DNA of 64,000 bases from Octopus vulgaris (GCA_951406725.2 OX597818.1:94798001-94862000); one strand, 5' to 3'; positions 28,921 to 42,433 are shown, numbered from the stretch's first letter. A program made the numbers and translations. Notes: generated from the sequence alone by a model not told the origin.

Positions 28921-28964
28921 TAACTTTTGTTTTTGTTTTTTTGCCTGTATACATGTAGGTGAGT
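28921..28964 (+). other. Juxtaposed acceptor/donor (AG|GTGAGT), candidate recursive splice site
   Basis: taac-ttttgtttttgttttttgcctgtatacatgtAG|GTGAGT; TGCATG lies just upstream at 28903. Confidence 0.3.
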
Positions 28965-29839
28965 GTATATAGGATTAAGTAGAATTTGTGTGTATAAGGG
29001 AGAGAGGATGGTAAAGGAAAAAAAAATCATGTCGGTCTCTGCTGTCTTATTAATTGTGGGAATTAACAGACTTAGTTATCTCCCTTACAACTTATTTTAT
29101 ACACGTTTCACATGGTTTTTTTTAGTTTTTGCTATATTTCTTTACATCTGCTACAGATTATTACAAAGAATTTTCTCCCCAACATTGTTTCATAATTTAT
29201 TTATACACACATTTTACAGCATTTTATACATAAATAATACTCGGAGTGAGAGAGAAAGTGATGGAGAGTTTAATGCAATGCATCATTCACATACTATGTT
29301 ACTAAATCATAGCATCATAGATATTACCAGACAGTAATAACTGAACTTATTTAGTATTATGAAAATCATTGTATTCTTAGATGTTTTCCTCTCAACATTA
29401 TAAGCTTACTTATTAAGATTCCTCAGTTTATTGAGTTCATTAACATTTCCAAAGAGAGAAATAAATATATTTTGCATGGCGTTCTTGTCAATATTCAGCC
29501 TAACAATTTTTTCTGTCTTTCTTTTTCTTTCTTTCTTTCTTTCTTTCACATTTTTTCTCAAACATTTTTTCCTAATTTTTGAAAATATATTTTCCTATAC
29601 TGTTATTTTGCTATAAATAAAGATATCATTTATTTCAATTTGTATCATTAAATAACAAAACCAACATTTATCTCAACGATAACTTTTCTTAGATAATCAT
29701 ACTTTTTTGTTAAATGTTATTCTTATCTAATTGAAAGACATTTCATTAATATTGCAAGTTGTTGATCAAATGTGTTATGGTTAAGATGATTTGTTGATAG
29801 TATCGAACTTCTGCTAATACTGGCTCGTCCCTGCTCTAG

Positions 29840-29941
29840 GTACCCCAACGGTGCAGACTGTTGCAGAAAGCAGTCCTAAACCTGCTGCCCTTGGCTCAGC
29901 AAGTTTATTTGTTGCTGCTGTTGCTTCAGCATCAGCCTCAG
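29840..29941 (+). CDS. Candidate cassette exon (102 nt, phase 1-1): (G)TPTVQTVAESSPKPAALGSASLFVAAVASASAS
   Basis: There is a branch-like ctaat, then the acceptor tggctcgtccctgctctag|, and the donor CAG|gtaaat. The exon is symmetric and open, and is a GC-richer island in AT-rich non-repeat DNA. Confidence 0.7.
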
Positions 29942-31379
29942 GTAAATGGGCTTGGTGTGTTTCCCCTGAATCTTTAATAACCATGACAGCTTCTTATAGC
30001 CTGTCATTGTCCTGTGTTTTTGTGAGACATATTACCAACATTCACCAAATATGTAATCCTCTCTTTGACCACTAATATCTTTGACTGTCTGACTGTTCTG
30101 GAAGAAGTTTTAAACTAATCCCTAAAAGTATATCTCTGTTGACTTATCTGAAGTTCTTAATATCTGCATCTGAATTACTCACATGTTCACTTGGTTTCTT
30201 TCATATTTCACTTTACCATGTGTTTAAAACTCACAATCCTTATACCATTGTTATGGTCATTACCTTGTTGGTCGAATATCTTTGTCATTAGGAAACTTTA
30301 AGAAGTTTAATGTGTCTCAGTAGTGCTCCATGCACGCATGCTTGTGTGTTCAATTATTAAACTAAGTTCTACATGTATGTTTCTTTATCAAAACTTATTG
30401 TTTATTCTAAACTGTCTAAATCTAACTTAATGGTTCCATTCTGGATAAACATGTTCTCAAAGTTTTGTTGTTGCGTAAATGAAATGCAATAATGAAGGAA
30501 ATTCAACAATTATTTGTATTGGGTTTTATTATTTTATTCATATTTCTCTTTTTAACTAGTTCATTGTTGAAAATATTTTACAAAAAAAATCTATCTTAAA
30601 TTCTTTGTAGGAGACATTTATAAAGTCACATATACATCAAATATATGCACAAACTCATATAAAAGAGAAAGCAGTGATGGTGATGAAATAAAGCTATACA
30701 GACGAAGTTGATTCACACAGATACTGAATGTTTTCAAGTTTAAGACATACCTTGATAAGGAAACTGTAACTCACCCACCATTGAATTGTACCTTTTTTTT
30801 CTTTCTCCCCTGCAAATTTTACAACATAGTTTGTTCTAAACTTCTTGACTTTTTCCTACCCCATTATAACAAACTTGGTACAGCTGTCTGTCTTGTCTTG
30901 ACTCCACTGTACCTTACTCCACCATACAGATTAAATGCTTTGCCTAATTTTTCTGTTCACAGACCCACATGCCTCTCTAACTTTCACTCAGTTGTAGTTT
31001 TCTCTGCGACCACCGGCATGTTTTCCAATCCAACATTTACTACATTGATGTTAGCTTGTAATAAGTGGCTAACTATAGAGTCACCTAATTTATTACACTC
31101 CTAAACAGGTTCTCAGAACTCTCCTTCCCTTTACTAATGAATAAAAAAAGACACTTGGGTCTTCTGCATTAAACATTAATAGCCAACACAAGATAGCTGA
31201 AAGAAGCTATATATCAGAATTCAGTGATCCTAGTGGTGGTGTGTGTCAACAAACATCAGTAAAATGAAAACAATATAATTTTTAAAAAGAACAGGTGGTT
31301 GCTTGACCTTATGATTAACACCAACTAGACAAACACGTGGATTGAGATGAGATAATCTTTATGTGGTTGTTTAACCTGC

Positions 31380-31728
31380 ATATATATATGCATATAAGTG
31401 TATTTATATATATATGTACATATCTGTATGTATATATATATATGTATGTCTATGTATATATATGTATGTATGTATATATGTGTATGTGTATATATAGATG
31501 TGTGTGTGTGTGTGTGTGTATGGACATGTATGCATATATATATGTGTGTGTGTATGTATATATGCATGTGTATGTATGTATGTATGTATATATGTATGTG
31601 TATGTATATATGTGTGTGTGTGCATGTATATATATATATATGTTTGTGTATGTATATATATATGTGTGTGTATGTATATATATATATGCACGTGCATAAA
31701 TATATGTATGTGTATATATATATATATA
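31380..31728. repeat. Compound (TA)/(TG)/(TATG) microsatellite
   Basis: Direct inspection; source of several spurious ORFs. Confidence 0.95.
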
Positions 31729-32122
31729 CTAGCAGTATCGCCCGGCGTTGCTCGGCTTTGTAAGGGAAATAATTATATAAGCATTTTTAGAGATGTAAAG
31801 TATAATAGCCATCTCAATATGGCTAACCACAAAGGGGGAGGGGTGTTACTGTAGCTTTTTACGTTCTGAGATTTAATAATAAATTTTAGAGAGTTACTTC
31901 CCTTATATATTTCAAAAATGGATTAAAAATGGGAAAAATTGATGGTAATTTTTTTTTAAATCGTAGACTCATCGTAGACGCGCGCTAATACCCAGACGGT
32001 CTCGATATGAATCACGACTATAAGATACCCGGTTTTGGTTAAACTGCACCGCAAAATGTGGGAGTAGTTAGGAATCTAAATCGTAGGAGACAGACACACA
32101 ACCTCACTTTTATATATAAAGA
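31729..32122 (-). mobile_element. Non-autonomous Helitron-like element, copy 1
   Basis: On the minus strand it starts A|TC (tctttatata...) and ends with a GC hairpin followed by CTAG|T. It is highly similar to 34851-35233. Confidence 0.8.
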
Positions 32123-32287
32123 TTTCCTCTATTTACATAATATTGAGGTCTCTTTCTTTCTTTTTGTTATCTTACTGTTTTTACCAATATACATATATAT
32201 ATATATATATAAATATATATATAGTTACAGAGATGTACTTGCATAGCAAGTGACTTGATCTGAGATCGTGTGCTGGAACGAAAACAG

Positions 32288-32546
32288 TTGCAGCGTTGAA
32301 GGTGTTTATAAGCCATTTAAGAAACACACAAAAACCGTTAGATTCACTTCAACATTTAAATTAAATTTGTCAAAATATTTTCGTCGCTTTGAGACCGCGA
32401 CCTATTAGCACGATATTTTTGTCAGTGAACAGGTCGCGGTCTCAAAGCGACGAAAATATTTTGGCAAATTAAATTTAAATGTTGAAGTGAATGTAACGGT
32501 TTTTGTGTGTTTCTTAAATGGCTTACAAACACCTTCCACGCTGCAA
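32288..32546. repeat. Fold-back inverted repeat with about 116-bp arms and a 27-nt loop
   Basis: ttgcagcgttgaagg...gagaccgcgacct (32288-32403) pairs with aggtcgcggtctc...ccttccacgctgcaa (32431-32546), with few mismatches. Confidence 0.9.
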
Positions 32547-32839
32547 TATATATATACACACATATATATATATATGTATGTATGTGTGTATATGTGTATG
32601 CATGTATGTGTGTGTGTGTGCGTGTCTGTGCTTGTGATTGTCCTCCACCACTGCTTGACAACGAATGTTGGTTTGTTTACATCCCTGTCACCTAGTGGTT
32701 TGACAAAGGAAACAGATAGAATAAGTACAATGCTTACAAAAATAAAACTGGAGTTGATTCATTAAACTACAATTCTTCAAGGCATTGCCCCAGCATGGCC
32801 ACAGAGCAATGGCTGGAAAAAGCAGAAGAATAAAAGAAT

Positions 32840-33030
32840 TGAGGGGGACCTCTACATGGTAGCTAGACCTGGTAGAAATAGCAGCAAAATTTCCCCCAAA
32901 TCACACCTTACTGTCTTATCTATGTATATATGTATGTATGAGCCTATGAGGGAGACCCCTACATGGCAGCTAGACCTGGTAGAAATAGCAGCCAAATCTC
33001 CCTCAAATCACACCTTACTGTCTTATCTTT
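32840..33030 (-). repeat. Tandem duplicate of an abundant unclassified interspersed repeat
   Basis: Two copies of ctacatgg(t/c)agctagacctggtagaaatagcagc...aaatcacaccttactgtcttatct. The same motif (gggagatttggctgctatttctagc) recurs at about 13180, 14380, 26390, 28800, 53040 and 55960. Confidence 0.7.
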
Positions 33031-33120
33031 CTGCTACTTGGATATAGGTGTTATATTCGTCTAAAAAAACTTTCCTGTCACACACTCACGCACACACACA
33101 CACACACACACACGCACCGT

Positions 33121-33153
<33 letters not shown>

Positions 33154-33241
33154 GCACGTTAGCTTACAATTTTATTTATATATTTGCGTGTAAGAGGAAG
33201 TGGGAGGCAGAGTGAAAGAATCACTCACTACAGTAAGTCAA

Positions 33242-33953
33242 TTACTTTCATTTTATTCGTTGCCCACTGTGTGTGCGCGTTTGCGTGTGGTGTAAACCAG
33301 ACTAAGAAAAGCATTTGACACACACACCAGAATGTGAGTTTTCTGTAAATTTTGCTTAATTGGAGTTTAAATTTTAAAAACTGGACCTGGCATGACGCGA
33401 TGCATTGTACTCTCAAAAATGCCAGGTAAATTGTAATTGAAGAAATCCTATATTGTAGATTTGTATAACTCCCAAAGGGAGACAGATAAAATCTGCCTTT
33501 TATAATAAGAGATATATATATGTATATGCATGTGTGTGTATATATATATATATATATATGTATATGCATGTATGTGTATATATATATATATATATATATG
33601 TATATGCATGTATGTGTATATATATATATATATATATATGTATATGCATGTATGTGTATATATATATATGTATATGCATGTATCTCTTATTATAAAAGGC
33701 AGATTTTATCTGCCTCCCTTTGGGAGTTATACAAATCTACAATATAGGATTTCTTTAATTACAATTTACCTTGCATTTTTAAGAGTACAATGCATTGCGT
33801 CATGCCAGGTCCAGTTTTTAAAATTTAAACTCCAATTAAGCAAAATTTACAGAAAACTCACATTCTTGTGTGTGTGTCAAATGCTTTTCTTAGTCTGGTT
33901 TACACCACACGCAAACGCACACACACAGTGGGCAACGAATAAAATGAAAGTAA
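33242..33953. repeat. Inverted repeat with about 271-bp arms (33242-33512 / 33683-33953) around a 170-bp satellite; two divergently oriented Helitron-like 5' ends
   Basis: The arms are near-identical reverse complements (the ORF track gives the same peptide on both strands). Each begins A|TCtcttattataaaaggcag. Confidence 0.9.
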
Positions 33954-34850
33954 ATAGCGACAGAGTGATTTGAGGAAGCCTAAACTGAAAGCAATTAAAC
34001 CACTACTCAAAAAATAAAAAAACACAGCAAACAGAAACAAATAAATACATAACCATTTAGTCCTCACACAATTTCTTCAATTAGAATTTACCTAAGATTT
34101 TTCAAAGTACTCCATTCGCTCATGCCATAATATATTTCTTTCAATTTCACCCCCAATTAAGACAAAATTCGAGAAAACTCAATATTTTAACATATCACTC
34201 CGAAAGCATTGATGTACATGTGTGCTTGCGAGAGTGTGTGTGTGTCATTCCTCACACACACGCATACACATACATATACAACTACATACAACTACATACA
34301 CATACAACTACATACAAACACGTGTGTGTTTGTTATTAGTAAAAAGGCGCAAAAACACAACTCACTTATCATTCCAACACATTTGCAAAGACACACGGAG
34401 GACAGAAAAGGTAAATTGGTTTTTATTTTACTCTGTATATATTTTATTATATAATATTATATATAGATATATGTATACATAATTGCAGTATGAAACAGTG
34501 TTTATGTATAAACAGACGACACTTATATATAGTTACCAAGCCGCCCGAATTTACCTATTCATATTTAAATGAGAATATCAGAGCAAATCTCTTTAGTACA
34601 TTCGTGAAAACACGTATTATACTTCGTAAACACTTCAACTACAGTTTTGTACAAAAATCGAAGTGTAATTTTAATTCCGTGAATTATGGGAGATTTTTTT
34701 CCGAAATTTGTTCCTATTGTGTTTTCAAAATTTGTAATTCTGACAAAAAATGGATACGAATTTCATTATATCAAGCAGCGAGTCAGAATTCGAAGGATTT
34801 TCTACTGAAGACCTTCATAAATCTAACTCTATGACTGAAAAAAAAAAACA

Positions 34851-35233
34851 TCTTTATATAAGAGTGAAGTTGTGTGTCTGTCTCCTACGATTTCGATTCC
34901 TAACTACTCCCACATTTTGCGGTGCAGTTTAACCAAAAGCGGGTATCTTATAGTCGTGATTCATATCGAGCCCTTCTGGGTATTAGCGTGCGTCTACGAT
35001 GAGTCTACGATTTAAAAAAAATTTACCATCATATTTTTCCATTTTAATGCATTTTTTTCGCTTTTATATAAGGGAAGTAACTCTCTAAAAATATCTACGA
35101 TGTGTCAACGATTTAAAAAATATTTACCTTAATTTTTTTTCAATTTTTAATGCATTTTTTGGCTATAACTCTCTAAAAATGCTTATATAGTTATTTCCCT
35201 TACAACCCGAGCAACGCCGGGCGATACTGCTAG
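34851..35233 (+). mobile_element. Non-autonomous Helitron-like element, copy 2 (inverted relative to copy 1)
   Basis: A|TCtttatata 5' end, subterminal hairpin CCCG-agcaacgc-CGGG (35206-35221), 3' CTAG|T, and no TSD. Confidence 0.85.
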
Positions 35234-35289
35234 TGTGTATATATATATATGTATATGCATGTATGTGTATATATATATATATATGCATG

Positions 35290-35320
<31 letters not shown>

Positions 35321-35359
35321 GCATGTATGTGCATATATATTTATGTATATGTATGTGTA

Positions 35360-35800
35360 TCGTCATCATGGTTTAACATCCGCTTTCCATGCTAGCATGG
35401 GTTGGATGATTTGACTGAGGTCTGGTAAACCAGATGGCTGCACCAGACTCCAATCTGATCTGGCAGAGTTTCTACAGCTGGATGCCCTCCCTAATGCCAA
35501 CCACTCCGAGAGTGTAGTGGGTGCTTTTACGTGCCACCAGCACGAGGGCCAGTCAGGCAGTACTGGCAACGGCCACGCTCAAATGGTGCTTTTTATGTGC
35601 CACCTGCACAGGAGCCAGTCCAGTGGCACTGGCAACGACCTAGCTTGAATGTTTTTTCACTTGCCACCAGCACAAGTGCCAGTAACGCAGGTAACAATCA
35701 CACACGAATGGTGTTTTTTACGTGCCATCGGCACAGAGGCCGGCTTTTTGCTCTGGCAACAATCACGGTCATATGGTACTCTTAGCGCTCCAGTAGCATG
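35360..35800 (-). mobile_element. 3' end fragment of the same RTE-like LINE family
   Basis: catcatggtttaacatccgctttccatgctagcatgggttgga...gtttctacagctggatgccctccctaatgccaaccact closely matches 50700-50940. Related fragments lie at about 580-790 (-), 7900-8220 (+) and 12580-12770 (+). Confidence 0.7.
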
Positions 35801-35892
35801 GATGTATATATATGTATGTATGTGTATATATATATATGTACATATGTGTATATATATGTATGTATGTGTGTGTATATATATAGATGTATGTA

Positions 35893-35932
<40 letters not shown>

Positions 35933-36158
35933 CATATGTGTATATATGTATGTGTATATATATATATATATATGTGTACATATATGTATGTATGTGTGTA
36001 TATATATATATACATATGTGTGTATATGTATGTGTATATATATGTATGTGTGTATATATATGTATGTGTGTATATATATATATATGTATGTGTATATATA
36101 TATGTATGTATGTGTGTATATATATATATATGTATGTGTATATATATATGTATGTATG

Positions 36159-36190
<32 letters not shown>
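35800..36190. repeat. Compound (TA)/(TG)/(TATG) microsatellite
   Basis: Direct inspection. Confidence 0.95.
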
Positions 36191-36191
<1 letters not shown>

Positions 36192-37469
36192 TAATTAACA
36201 GGAGATGGATTCAGTATTAAACCTTTAATACATACAACATTCATTTCAGCCCATCCTGCTATTGTCCCTTATGTGTGCAAATCCATTCAACATGTTGTGT
36301 TGCATGGTTTTTACAGTTTGGGACTCGTCAGCTACATCGATAAAGTTATGTCTCACTACAGATTTTAGTGTTGTCTGCCTTGTTGGTATATGCGCATCAA
36401 GTGATGGAATGAATAAAAGCAAATAAGGACTACAGAAATTCAAAAGATTCAAATATGAACATGAAAATCTTCTGTTCCTGTTTAGAGAAAATGACCTCAT
36501 CGGCTTTTACTGTCATAACTTCTTAGGGGAAAAAGAAACTAGAATGCGAAAAGAAAGATAGATTAATTGATTTATGATGATATCAGCGTAATCTAATATG
36601 TCTTTGACAATATTTAGATTAATTGCCATTAAATAAGAGTTCCAGTGGAGATAATAATTCATATACAGTGATTAAACAAAATTAAAATCTCTGTTGTCTT
36701 ATCTTTGAAAAGTCATTTCATTTCTGACTTGTTTCCAAAGCATATTCAGTAACATGTGCTCCCATTCTCTTCAGTGATTGTTGCTTTATACAATGCATAA
36801 AGGTTATTAGGAATGTAATTGACACTAATCTGTTAAATTTCATTTGGTTATAGTTGTAATTTTGAATAAAATTTCAGTTAATCCTTGTTTGATAGAAAAA
36901 TGCTTGACTAGAAAATTTCTCAATATCACTAGGTCAGATTAAAATCTTTCATTCAATGTTCAGGCTCCACCAACAGCAACCATACTTTTAAGCAGCCATT
37001 GTGAAAATAGAAGGTCAGCTGGTCAACCACCTATAGAACCAAGATCTCACTCTTGTTAAAAACAGTATACAAGAATGTTCTGACTGTCTGTAGTGTCTTC
37101 TGATTAGCAAAGCACCAAATCATTTTATTTATTTAACTTGTCTAGTTAGGTAACAATAAAGAAGTGGTAATTTTCATGGTAGGCTGAGACTGTGAAGACA
37201 TCCAACCTTGCTCACATCCATATATTCATTATATTTCCTTTAAGCTATAGCCTTTGTGTCTACCTGAGATTAAGCAATATTACTTTGACCTTTGGTGAGT
37301 ACCATAGATTATCAAAGATATATTCTCTGTTAATTATATCTACAATCCAGTTATGATATATGGATTTTTGCATCGTCAATATCATTGAAATAGGCATGAG
37401 CTATGCAATATAATACTGATTTCTTATAGAGTCATTGAGGAAGAATGAAAATCAGATTATGTAATAATC

Positions 37470-37863
37470 ATGATAATTACTTTCCCCATTAGGATAACAC
37501 CACTCATTTGAAGTATAAGAGTATAGTTGATTGAATACAGAACTGGCATGATTTGGTCAATACTAGAAGAATGAAAAACATGTAAGCAAAAAGCTTCAAA
37601 ATTCCATAAAATATTTTGTCCAGTACTCCATAACATTTCTACTAAATCACTAATTCAATAATAATGTTAAAATTATGAGACTGGTTAATTAGATTCAAGA
37701 CCAATTTTTGCTAAGAAGGGATACAGTAATTTGAATAAATGCAGTATATTCCTGGTACTTAGCCTTTTGTCCTTCCAGCAACCCTAGTAGTATATGAACT
37801 CAGAATTAGAATTAATGCATTAAGTTAATGTATTTAGCCTGAATCTCTACCATTTCTGCTATG

Positions 37864-37898
<35 letters not shown>

Positions 37899-38265
37899 AT
37901 GTATGTGTAACCCCAGCACTTAACTGATACTTTATTTAATATAGGGTATGGAAAGGCAAAATTAGCTTTTACAGAGTTTGAATTCAGGATGTAAATGACC
38001 ATAACTAAATATTGCAAGGCATTTTGTCCTATGACCTGCTCTCATACCAATAATTATTTTAATCATTTCTACTATAGACACAAGATTATACGTTGTTTTT
38101 AAAAGTTCATTTACCAGTTCCAGTACTTGATGAATACTTCATTTCTTTTTCAATGGTTAAAAGCCAAGATCAACCTCAGTGAGATTTGAACATACATGGA
38201 AATGAGTAAATATCACAATATTTAATTTGTTGTGCTACTAATTCTGCCAAACTCCCACAAGTTCA
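37470..38265 (-). mobile_element. Cluster of about 4 decayed copies of the same SINE in antisense orientation
   Basis: Reverse-complement motifs: actggtacttt, gaaaggcaaa, tttgaactcag, attttgtcc. A better-preserved antisense copy lies at about 44380-44590. Confidence 0.6.
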
Positions 38266-38666
38266 ATGATAATAATATTCTTTATGATAAACCCTATGGG
38301 GTAAATGATTTCAGACAGTTTGCCAACTCGTGTTAATTAAAGCTTACTTCTGTTGGCCACTGATTTGGCAAATATCATAATCATACATAAGAGAACAGAT
38401 TACAGTGTTAAAGACCTGTTTAGATGCTGATGATGCTGTTGGTGGTAGTGAATGATGTAAAATGTTTATAATTACTCTCTAAGTTGTGTTTGTAGCTTAT
38501 GTTTTCTAATCTTGTGTGAGTTAAGCTGTTAAAGATACCTTCCACTATTGATATATTGACACATCTTGCTGTTTAGCTTTTCCATTAATCTCTCCTCTAT
38601 TTCAATTATAATTATACATGCTTCAGATCACATAGGCCTCAATTTAAGATATTTTTACCTTGCATT

Positions 38667-38700
<34 letters not shown>

Positions 38701-39325
38701 CATGCTTACACACACATGCACATATGTTTTTAAAAAAATATATATTTTGGTCCTAGAAAAGACAGTAACCATTTTCTGTGAGATTGGTACAGTTGATGTT
38801 TTTTTTAATCTGTACCAGCTGATGCAGAAAGAATGTCAGCAAGGAGGGAGCACTCAGTTTCTAAGAGAACAAGTGCCTAATTTGAAAAAGAAAAACCTTG
38901 GGGTCAATTTGATCAACTAAACCCTTCAGAGCAGTGTCCAGCATGGTCACAGTCCAATGATTGAGACACGTTATAGAATAAAAGCCTATTATGGCTGAGG
39001 AAAATACCTGAAGGGAACATTCTATTTAGTGAGTACAAACACTAAAGGGTCTTGCATATGTAATATAATGAGTTGAAATACTTTAATGAACTGAGATTAT
39101 CTAAGTTGTTAGCTGATATGATCTCCTTCTGGAAGTGTTTTAAATCTAAAAACAAGCAAAAGCAGCAACTTCAATACAATCAATTGATTGAAATATTTTG
39201 ACTATGGAGACAATACAGATTGGATCTATAAACCCAACTGATAAAACCAACAGATATGATGTGGTCTTATCAGTCCTCTTTGAAGAATAAACATTCTATT
39301 TAGTTGGTGAGACTAGGTTTGATCA

Positions 39326-39360
<35 letters not shown>

Positions 39361-42300
39361 AAGTAATAAGTAATAAGTTCTCAAATAGAAATTGAAAAGT
39401 TTGTGTTGGCAGAGCAGTCTGTGTTAAGCATACAAGACAACCCATAGCCTAATGAACACAAACTACAAAAGGCATACACTTCTGATGTACAAATTATTCT
39501 GGCTTGAAAGGACTCTTATTTTACCAAGAAAGCATGAGAAAAGAGTGAGTGAGGTCAACAGATTGTATTTGCCCCCACATGCACACACACACACACACAC
39601 ATATGTCAACAGATATTCCTTCTAAATAAATTATTGGATTGCCTATAAAGACTGAGAGATAGCAGTGTCTATACTGGCTGTTTTGTTTAATCATACATAT
39701 TTGACATTTTCCTTCTCATTATTATTAATAAAGAGGCTATATGTCCCACTCTTTTCTCTCTTTATCTTGTCTGCCTCTTGCTTCAGAGAGTGAGTAAGAC
39801 TGGGTGACAGAGAATCAGGAAGAAAGTGAAAGAAAAAGACAATGTGGGAGAATAAAAAATGAGACAGTGTGGAGGACATTAACCAAGTATGAATGTTCTT
39901 TTTCTTCTCAAAATCCTTTCAGTTCAAATTGTGACCATATCCATAAATATAAGTATATTTATATTTTGTTTGCATCTGTAGTAATTACATCTTCATCTTC
40001 AAAAAAGAAAGAACAGCATTTTAGGTTTTCAGACAGTGAAACAGTATTACACTAATGCTTTTATAATTGAATTTTAGATCCAGGCCTGCAGAGCAAGGAC
40101 AGCTATATATTAATATAGAATTGATTTAATTCTATGTAAGAATTAATTGCATAAAATATTCATGTTCTGCTATGTTACATAATCAGTTATACTGCTGTAC
40201 TAAAATGGCATAGAGAGGATATGCCATCTGTTATCAACATGATGTTGAAATATTAGCCTAATGATGAGCATCTCATCATATAGGGCATCAATTAGTATAT
40301 ATTGTTATAAACAACACATGATTAAAACCTTCAAACTTGTTGTAATTGCTAGACCTTACATAACAAGTAAAACTGCTCCTCAAAGGCTAGACTTCTCTAG
40401 AGCTCAAACATGCTTATACACTGATAAGTTGCTAACCCTCTGTGAAATCCAAGTGTAACCTATATTGGAATACTAGTCATCAATATAAGCTAGCCTTGCC
40501 TTTGCACATTGTAATATCTTAGGCTGTATCCAAGAGGTCATTCAACTGATTAGCAAAGATTTACTTACCAATGCATTACAGCCACTGGTATTCAGACATG
40601 TTATGTATTTGTTTCACATACCATCTCTGCTTTTCTGGACTTCATGCATACCCACCAAATGCACTTCACTCTCTCCATTCATTATTCATATCTCACACCC
40701 AAAACTCACTCCACCCTAAACACTTCCCAATCATTCATCATAAAGCTTCAGTCCTCAAGAATTTGTTCCCTGCCAATAATTTATCAGAGACATCAATCTA
40801 CTGAAGTTCAAAGACATCACTCAGATCAAAGTCATTGTTACATCTACTCATCCTTTTACTAAATTATCAAGATAGAACGTATGATAGTATTATGTATCAT
40901 AGTATATGAAATAAAATAATAAAACCTTTCAATAATAGCATGATTATATTGAAGCACAAACAAATGATCACATACATCAATAATAAAAAGACTTGAGCTG
41001 CACAGCACTCCTGGGAAAGATGATCTTCAATTTGGTTGTCTGTGCTGAAATGCACCTGTAATATTTATAATATTTAGATTGTGTCAGCAAATTATAGTCA
41101 TTGGAGTGGGGTATGTCTCATTAGGGAAAAGACAAATTGGATCTCAGCATATAAACAGAGTATTAAATTTGTAAAATAAAATGTTTCCTGTGAGAAAAGT
41201 TGAGTTTTGACATTTCAGAAAAAAATCCTTATCTGATATGTTAGAACTTTGTAATTAACAGACTTTATTGACTATTATTTTATCAACAGTAGCATCACTA
41301 GTTTCTTCAGATACTGATAGCAGCAACATAGTAGGTTTATTTTTTTATGATAGTTTTATTACCCAGTGTATATCTGCTGAAGACTGGATTTTGGATCTGA
41401 GAAAAGCAGCCATCTGAAATAAGTTTTTCTTTTTTTTTTGTCAATTTAGTCCACTTTCACAGTTTGGTTGTTATCTGAGGTCCTAACTTGTCCTTCACTC
41501 TTCCTACCTATTGGTGATGACCAATGGGTATTTAATTGTAGGAGCAAAGGTTTATGGCAGTTAAACATCATCATCATATTACTATGTCTTATTCTATACT
41601 ATTGTTTAATGTAATTAACATAGCTTAATCAACATATCTCAGGTTTGTTAGTTATGTTTAGTATACTATAGATAAGAACATTCACATACACTCACTGGAG
41701 TTCAAGATGAATTACAAGAGTTCAGTTTCAAGTTATAGCTGATATGTTTTAAGACATTTGTGAAATTATTTTTCCTTCACATGTTCACATACTCCTTTTA
41801 TTCTCATTTTCCACCTCTCTGTTACTTTTCTGAGGTAGAGGTAGATACCTTTATCTCCATTCTTTCTTTCTTATCCACAATACATTTACTGTTTATTTCA
41901 TTATTAACCATAACTTCTTTTTTTTTATCATTTGTAAATTACCTGATCTACCTTTAACACACACTCATCTTCAGAAATTTCTCTTACAAATCTCTATAAA
42001 ACCAGTCTTGTTGAAACTTGAGATGGCAAACTTTGCCTTTTGACACCTCACCTTTTGGTTTGGTAACTGTATTACCTCCATTACCATGACTTTATAACTG
42101 TGGCTGCTTTAAACGACCAAATTTTAGTCTTACCAACTCTCCGAAGACTGACAACACTGACAGTTTGACAATTAAGGTTACAGCTACTAATTTATTACAT
42201 GAAATTCAACATCTCAGTATTGCTTTTCTAACTAGCTTTGATATGAGATGAAACAGTGTAGCATCTTAAGGACCTCTTGCCATCTATGTAAAATTTTATT

Positions 42301-42408
42301 TGGGCTGCATATTTGTGAGTGTGTCTGTAAGAAAGATAACATTCTGAAATTATGTGAGCTACTGTTGTGTTTTCTGTTGTCATTTCTCTGTGCTTTGTGC
42401 TTTTGAAA

Positions 42409-42433
42409 ATGTACAGAATGAAAAAAAAAACAG
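42409..42433 (+). other. Candidate short exon ending at a consensus donor (MYRMKKKT|G, phase 1)
   Basis: CAG|GTAAGA at 42431-42439, with in-frame ATGs at 42409 and 42418. An alternative reading is a 17-nt microexon from the AG at 42415-42416. Confidence 0.3.

Noticed and set aside
28963-29337. 124-aa hydrophobic ORF as a membrane protein
   Set aside because: GTG start in AT/T-rich intronic sequence with no splice or family support.
32424-32460. G3-C8 variant hammerhead (GTGAACA-ggtcgc...gcgac-GAAA)
   Set aside because: Stem II register is off by one and I could not build stems I/III with a UH site.
31325-36220. Many 60-180-aa ORFs rich in Y/I/C/V/M/H/T
   Set aside because: These are translations of TA/TG/CA microsatellites and non-coding repeats.
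37180-37300. Donor TTG|GTGAGT at 37295 as another exon end
   Set aside because: The nearby acceptors give an in-frame stop and the phase-1 frame has no ATG.
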